A stretch of DNA of 64,000 nucleotides. Source: Antedon mediterranea (lineage: Eukaryota; Animalia; Echinodermata). The notes under the pieces are model-generated. The model searched no databases. It saw only the letters and a program-made list of their open reading frames with translations, and was not told the origin of the DNA. Shown piece by piece: positions 62,601 through 64,000 of the stretch. Positions within the stretch are counted from its first letter, which is position 1. The number at the start of each line of letters is the position of its first letter. The DNA is taken from positions 14,370,795 to 14,434,794 of the forward strand of contig NC_092670.1 in NCBI RefSeq assembly GCF_964355755.1. The letters run 5' to 3'. The translations under genes were made by a program, and so were the position numbers.

Positions 62601-64000
62601 AATCTTCATATGCAATCATCAAATGTTTGCAAACTTCAATTTTTTCCTACACTTTAAATTTTATTTTTAAACCAGAACTTCTAGAAAACCAGAAACTTTA
62701 TAGATTAAACTATAGATTAAATAAAGAATAATAATTCTAAAAACCTGTTTTAAACAATAAAACAATATTGAGTATGTTTGAATAAATGAATATGCATTGT
62801 TTTACAGACAAGGAACCACCTGAATACATTGGATGCCTATCTAGTCCAATAGTTGAACTTGTTCCTATGGGAACGGCAAATAGAACTGTATCATGGACAG
62901 AACCAACTGCCATGGATAATGTTGGGGTCTTCAATGAAACATCCACTCACAGACCTGGTGATGTTTTTGAAATTGGAACAGTTACAGTGACTTACACAGT
63001 ATTTGACGTCTCTGGGCTAAGTAGTACTTGTATGTTTAATGTTACAGTGCAAGGTATTTATTTTTTTAGTTTTCTTGAGTAATAACAACTTATTACAAAA
63101 CACTTCAGGATACCACCATCCTCCTTTAATAAAAATAAAATAAAAGTAATTTTAGATTGTTTCAATGCAATCAGACAGGAAAAGGGATTAGTCATTGCTT
63201 TCCGTACTAAATTCACAATTTGTGCTCTATAATCTGAACAAAAATATTTTTATGGGATCAATCAATTAGCATAAAGGCAGAAGTTACTTTTTTTAATTCA
63301 CATTAAATCCTGAGATATATATAATAATGGACTATATGTAAAACAGGTGCATTATCTATACCTGATATACCTATACCTATAATAATAGATAAAATTATCC
63401 ATTGTTAACATGTGTTTTATGACATTTTGTATGAGACATTTTTTTTAATGTTCTAAATGAATTTGTTTTTTTTTGTGTATCTGTTTTGGTTACATAGGCG
63501 TTTAGGACCTGGTCTATCCTGCCTTTTCTCTTTGGTTTGTACATGGCAGAAATGTGAATGAATAAATTTGCTTAGCAGATTACCTAACGTTTTAAATTTA
63601 GTCTATGTCTGTCCTGTCTTCAAGTCCCACGGACCCACATTTTGCTTAAATGTGTGCTTCCTAAGAATTTCTAGCCATTTTCTTCTGTTTTCACTCACAA
63701 ACAAATATTGAACTTTACATTTAATCTACTTCATTTTAATTTCAACCTTATCTTTTTTGTGAACTGTCCCAATGTTGTTATTACAGATACTGAAAATCCT
63801 GTGTTTTTTAACTGCCCCATAAATCCAATTGAAGTAGACACAAATGAAGGCCTAGCATATGCCAACGTGTCATGGGATGATCCTGAACCTATGGACAATT
63901 CTGGCGTGTTTACTGTTACTCAAATGGACTACCCTGGTGATGGGTTTTATGTTGGTTTTCACAATGTGACGATAACAGCTGTAGATGAAGACGGTAACAT
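8328..64000 (+). CDS. Giant hyalin-like HYR-repeat protein gene, partial: 65 exons in window, open at both ends
   Basis: Repeating exons with the HYR pattern D-x-E-x-P-x(2-3)-C-P...V/W-x-x-P-x-A-T-D-N-S-G...F-x-I-G-x-T-x-V-x-Y-x-A-x-D-x-x-G-N-x-x-x-C-x-F-x-V-x-V. All have AG acceptors and G|GT donors, lengths divisible by 3, and no in-frame stops seen. Confidence 0.93.
9227..9523 (+). CDS. HYR exon 2 (type Q)
   Basis: 297 nt, DVEPPNATCP...SCYVTVVIK. Confidence 0.9.
10010..10170. repeat. Palindromic tandem array (CTAGAAAACTCAGATATCTGAGTTTTCTAG-like units)
   Basis: Directly visible; absent from the paralogous intron near 13320-13420. Confidence 0.75.
10317..10594. mobile_element. PIF/Harbinger-type MITE (278 bp)
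   Basis: TIR AGCCTGGTTTCCATAAAAT, TSD TAA; empty site CGTCCTG-TAA-ATGGTG in the duplicate at ~13555-13570. Confidence 0.92.
11427..11684 (+). CDS. HYR exon 3 (type R)
   Basis: 258 nt, DDEEPYIINCP...SCSFVITVG. Confidence 0.9.
11784..12068 (+). CDS. HYR exon 4 (type P)
   Basis: 285 nt, AG/GT bounded. Confidence 0.9.
12723..13019 (+). CDS. HYR exon 5 (type Q)
   Basis: 297 nt, paralog of exon 2. Confidence 0.9.
14392..14649 (+). CDS. HYR exon 6 (type R)
   Basis: 258 nt, near-identical to exon 3. Confidence 0.9.
14749..15033 (+). CDS. HYR exon 7 (type P)
   Basis: 285 nt, ends CVFGLKVE. Confidence 0.9.
15400..16280 (+). pseudogene. 5'-truncated CR1/L2-group (Crack-like) LINE ORF2 remnant
   Basis: LFADDNNIFFSHKN at 15421; ORF 15662-16150 WQTHI...LYNTLILPYLTYCNIAW...LQKKALRI; frameshifts and stops. 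Confidence 0.85.
19433..20650 (+). mobile_element. Helentron-type non-autonomous element no. 2, inserted in a poly-T run
   Basis: 5' TAGGCTATCGCTCT-ctgt-AGAGCGATAGCCTA; 3' GCGATAGCCTA + hairpin AACTCGTCA-acg-TGACGAGTT + CTAGT; T-runs on both sides; body related to element no. 1. Confidence 0.85.
20891..21683. mobile_element. pogo/Tc2-type (Tc1-mariner) MITE
   Basis: TA-CCGTATATTTCGGTGTATAAGTCGCAC ... GTGCGATTATACACCGAAATATACGC-TA. Confidence 0.85.
22900..23905. repeat. ~140-bp tandem repeat, about 7 diverged copies
   Basis: TATTAAATACATTCTTGTT recurs at 22981, 23121 and 23261; diverged copies continue to ~23900. Confidence 0.85.
24489..24737 (+). CDS. HYR exon 8
   Basis: 249 nt, DNEDPVLGCPP...CKFTVTVT. 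Confidence 0.9.
24953..25198 (+). CDS. HYR exon 9
   Basis: 246 nt, DIEPPLLINCP...CNFTLEVK. Confidence 0.9.
25363..25647 (+). CDS. HYR exon 10
   Basis: 285 nt, DNEAPSFNGTCP...CSFLVKVV. Confidence 0.9.
25900..26700 (+). pseudogene. Internally deleted CR1/L2-group LINE remnant
   Basis: ORF1-like DNLEQYCRRNNLQVF near 26178 adjacent to ORF2-like FGVNIQENLKWD and LLYYSLI fragments. Confidence 0.6.
26986..27237 (+). CDS. HYR exon 11 (divergent; absent from ORF track)
   Basis: cag|AT...GTAG|gt, 252 nt, DEEPPIFFGCDNST...FPIGVNYITYIMYDTSGNQNSCNFTLVVV. Confidence 0.87.
27934..28179 (+). CDS. HYR exon 12
   Basis: 246 nt, DIEDPVIENCS...CIFNVTIE. Confidence 0.9.
28298..28335 (+). pseudogene. Truncated head of a B-type HYR exon (pseudo-exon)
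   Basis: cag|ATAAGGAGTCTCCTACCTTGAACTGTTTGTCCAATGTG = DKESPTLNCLSNV, then joins the intron that normally precedes A exons. Confidence 0.8.
28426..28668 (+). CDS. HYR exon 13 (type A)
   Basis: 243 nt, DEEDPVITGCPMN... Confidence 0.9.
28833..29075 (+). CDS. HYR exon 14 (type B)
   Basis: 243 nt, DAESPTLNCVSN... Confidence 0.9.
30035..32110 (-). pseudogene. 5'-truncated non-LTR retrotransposon reverse transcriptase (RTE/RTEX-like, clade uncertain)
   Basis: KSPGLDTITNEMLK, IPLLKKGDPRDLNNYRGITL, QGGFMAERRCGDHIFTL, LFWADDVVL; frameshifted; (ATTGT)n tail with 3' hairpin at ~30035-30110. Confidence 0.9.
32440..32915 (-). pseudogene. CR1 LINE ORF2 3' fragment
   Basis: HPHLKFCVPVWNPYL, GLTTLYDRQIHGDLIETFKM, TRGH, WNSLPTKVV...FKNRLD. 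Confidence 0.8.
32959..33563 (+). mobile_element. Helentron-type non-autonomous element (TTACCTCCGCCAAGGAGG family), copy 1
   Basis: 5' TTACCTCCGGCAAGAAGGT, (GTTT)n tract, 3' GGCGAAGGT + hairpin + CTAGTT; homologous to 50599-51220. Confidence 0.8.
34550..34792 (+). CDS. HYR exon 15 (A)
   Basis: 243 nt, AG/GT bounded. Confidence 0.9.
34937..35179 (+). CDS. HYR exon 16 (B)
   Basis: 243 nt. Confidence 0.9.
35272..35523 (+). CDS. HYR exon 17 (type C)
   Basis: 252 nt, DNEDPLFDCPSG...CFFSVTVD. Confidence 0.9.
35763..36020 (+). CDS. HYR exon 18 (type D)
   Basis: 258 nt, DNENPNITCPSD...CTFYVTVR. Confidence 0.9.
36224..36466 (+). CDS. HYR exon 19 (A)
   Basis: 243 nt. Confidence 0.9.
36602..36844 (+). 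CDS. HYR exon 20 (B)
   Basis: 243 nt. Confidence 0.9.
36937..37188 (+). CDS. HYR exon 21 (C)
   Basis: 252 nt. Confidence 0.9.
37503..37760 (+). CDS. HYR exon 22 (D)
   Basis: 258 nt. Confidence 0.9.
37964..38206 (+). CDS. HYR exon 23 (A)
   Basis: 243 nt, +1740 from exon 19. Confidence 0.9.
38342..38584 (+). CDS. HYR exon 24 (B)
   Basis: 243 nt. Confidence 0.9.
38677..38928 (+). CDS. HYR exon 25 (C)
   Basis: 252 nt. Confidence 0.9.
39243..39500 (+). CDS. HYR exon 26 (D)
   Basis: 258 nt. Confidence 0.9.
39704..39946 (+). CDS. HYR exon 27 (A)
   Basis: 243 nt. Confidence 0.9.
40082..40324 (+). CDS. HYR exon 28 (B)
   Basis: 243 nt. Confidence 0.9.
40417..40668 (+). CDS. HYR exon 29 (C)
   Basis: 252 nt. 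Confidence 0.9.
40982..41239 (+). CDS. HYR exon 30 (D)
   Basis: 258 nt. Confidence 0.9.
42200..42439 (+). CDS. HYR exon 31 (type E)
   Basis: 240 nt, DTENPMLTCPDD...CSFIVTIN. Confidence 0.9.
42903..43142 (+). CDS. HYR exon 32 (type F)
   Basis: 240 nt, DFQIPIFDPCPSD...CKFNITVT. Confidence 0.9.
43675..43932 (+). CDS. HYR exon 33 (D)
   Basis: 258 nt. Confidence 0.9.
44136..44378 (+). CDS. HYR exon 34 (A)
   Basis: 243 nt. Confidence 0.9.
44537..44779 (+). CDS. HYR exon 35 (B)
   Basis: 243 nt. Confidence 0.9.
44875..45123 (+). CDS. HYR exon 36 (C, one codon shorter)
   Basis: 249 nt. Confidence 0.9.
45444..45701 (+). CDS. HYR exon 37 (D)
   Basis: 258 nt. Confidence 0.9.
46662..46901 (+). CDS. 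HYR exon 38 (E)
   Basis: 240 nt, +4462 from exon 31. Confidence 0.9.
47370..47609 (+). CDS. HYR exon 39 (F)
   Basis: 240 nt. Confidence 0.9.
48148..48390 (+). CDS. HYR exon 40
   Basis: aag|AT, 243 nt, DNEIPVIDGCPQD... Confidence 0.88.
48708..48950 (+). CDS. HYR exon 41
   Basis: aag|AT, 243 nt, DMEAPVISSCPED... Confidence 0.88.
49085..49258 (+). mobile_element. Short RTE-like LINE 3' fragment
   Basis: RRRRP-like basic peptide followed by a (TGA)n tail. Confidence 0.35.
49344..49592 (+). CDS. HYR exon 42 (absent from ORF track)
   Basis: cag|AA, 249 nt, ENDEEDPVFENCPTD...FSIGMTAVVYTAFDSAGNVMYCEFIVWII. Confidence 0.87.
49987..50226 (+). CDS. HYR exon 43
   Basis: 240 nt, DDEIPTLNCPED... Confidence 0.9.
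50599..51220 (+). mobile_element. Helentron-type non-autonomous element, copy 2 (3' subTIR and hairpin deleted)
   Basis: Aligns with 32959-33563 along its length; ends TTTACAGTAGG-TTTCTAGTT. Confidence 0.8.
51610..51855 (+). CDS. HYR exon 44
   Basis: 246 nt, DNEAPTISNCP... Confidence 0.9.
51994..52239 (+). CDS. HYR exon 45 (type W)
   Basis: 246 nt, DTQPPEYSECPSSP... Confidence 0.9.
52734..52979 (+). CDS. HYR exon 46 (type X)
   Basis: 246 nt, DTENPVFMNCPTSP... Confidence 0.9.
53358..53600 (+). CDS. HYR exon 47 (type Y)
   Basis: 243 nt, DKENPEFNCSLPS... Confidence 0.9.
53786..54031 (+). CDS. HYR exon 48 (type Z; absent from ORF track)
   Basis: 246 nt, DNFEPVISGCPDNP... Confidence 0.9.
54393..54638 (+). 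CDS. HYR exon 49 (X)
   Basis: 246 nt. Confidence 0.9.
54828..55070 (+). CDS. HYR exon 50 (Y)
   Basis: 243 nt. Confidence 0.9.
55204..55449 (+). CDS. HYR exon 51 (Z)
   Basis: 246 nt. Confidence 0.9.
56274..56519 (+). CDS. HYR exon 52 (W)
   Basis: 246 nt. Confidence 0.9.
56752..56997 (+). CDS. HYR exon 53 (X)
   Basis: 246 nt. Confidence 0.9.
57162..57404 (+). CDS. HYR exon 54 (Y)
   Basis: 243 nt. Confidence 0.9.
57548..57793 (+). CDS. HYR exon 55 (Z)
   Basis: 246 nt. Confidence 0.9.
58174..58416 (+). CDS. HYR exon 56
   Basis: 243 nt, DNEAPRITCPSN... Confidence 0.9.
58576..58824 (+). CDS. HYR exon 57
   Basis: 249 nt, DDELPVFTNCPTS... Confidence 0.9.
59287..59526 (+). CDS. HYR exon 58
   Basis: 240 nt, DEENPVTQCPG...; A-rich acceptor. 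Confidence 0.85.
60262..60504 (+). CDS. HYR exon 59 (Y)
   Basis: aag|AT, 243 nt. Confidence 0.88.
60645..60890 (+). CDS. HYR exon 60 (Z)
   Basis: 246 nt. Confidence 0.9.
61108..61353 (+). CDS. HYR exon 61 (X)
   Basis: aag|AT, 246 nt. Confidence 0.88.
61721..61963 (+). CDS. HYR exon 62 (Y)
   Basis: 243 nt. Confidence 0.9.
62057..62302 (+). CDS. HYR exon 63 (Z)
   Basis: 246 nt. Confidence 0.9.
62808..63053 (+). CDS. HYR exon 64 (W)
   Basis: 246 nt. Confidence 0.9.
63787..64000 (+). CDS. HYR exon 65 (X), truncated by window end
   Basis: cag|ATACTGAAAATCCT..., frame open to position 64000. Confidence 0.9.

Noticed and set aside
8318-63082. Each HYR ORF in the track as a separate small gene
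   Set aside because: Many starts are TTG/GTG or internal Met, and the ORFs run into intron sequence after G|GT; they are exons of one spliced gene.
8328-64000. Assigning a definite hyalin gene symbol or a species
   Set aside because: HYR arrays occur in several protein families and the termini lie outside the window; orthology needs a search.

Overview
AT-rich animal (not prokaryotic) genomic DNA, most consistent with a marine invertebrate such as an echinoderm (inferred from the hyalin-like content). From 8.3 kb to the end, the + strand carries part of one giant intron-rich gene: 65 exons of 240-297 nt (the last cut by the window edge). Each exon encodes one HYR (hyalin repeat, Ig-like) domain and is bounded by phase-1 GT-AG introns, giving about 16.3 kb of coding sequence (~5,400 aa). 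No start, signal peptide or stop is in the window. The array shows layered growth: a ~3 kb three-exon duplication (8.3-15 kb), a 1,740-bp four-exon tandem unit and a ~4.46 kb higher-order duplication (34-48 kb), and exon-biased homogenisation (52-64 kb). The first 8 kb and the two large introns (15-24.5 kb, 29-34.5 kb) are packed with nested transposons: Academ-like, MULE, Zisupton-like, Harbinger, pogo/Tc2, Helentron-type and LINE remnants, plus two candidate P-element excision footprints. Paralogous empty sites confirm two of the insertions. Coordinates were read by hand and family names come from motif recognition, not database searches.
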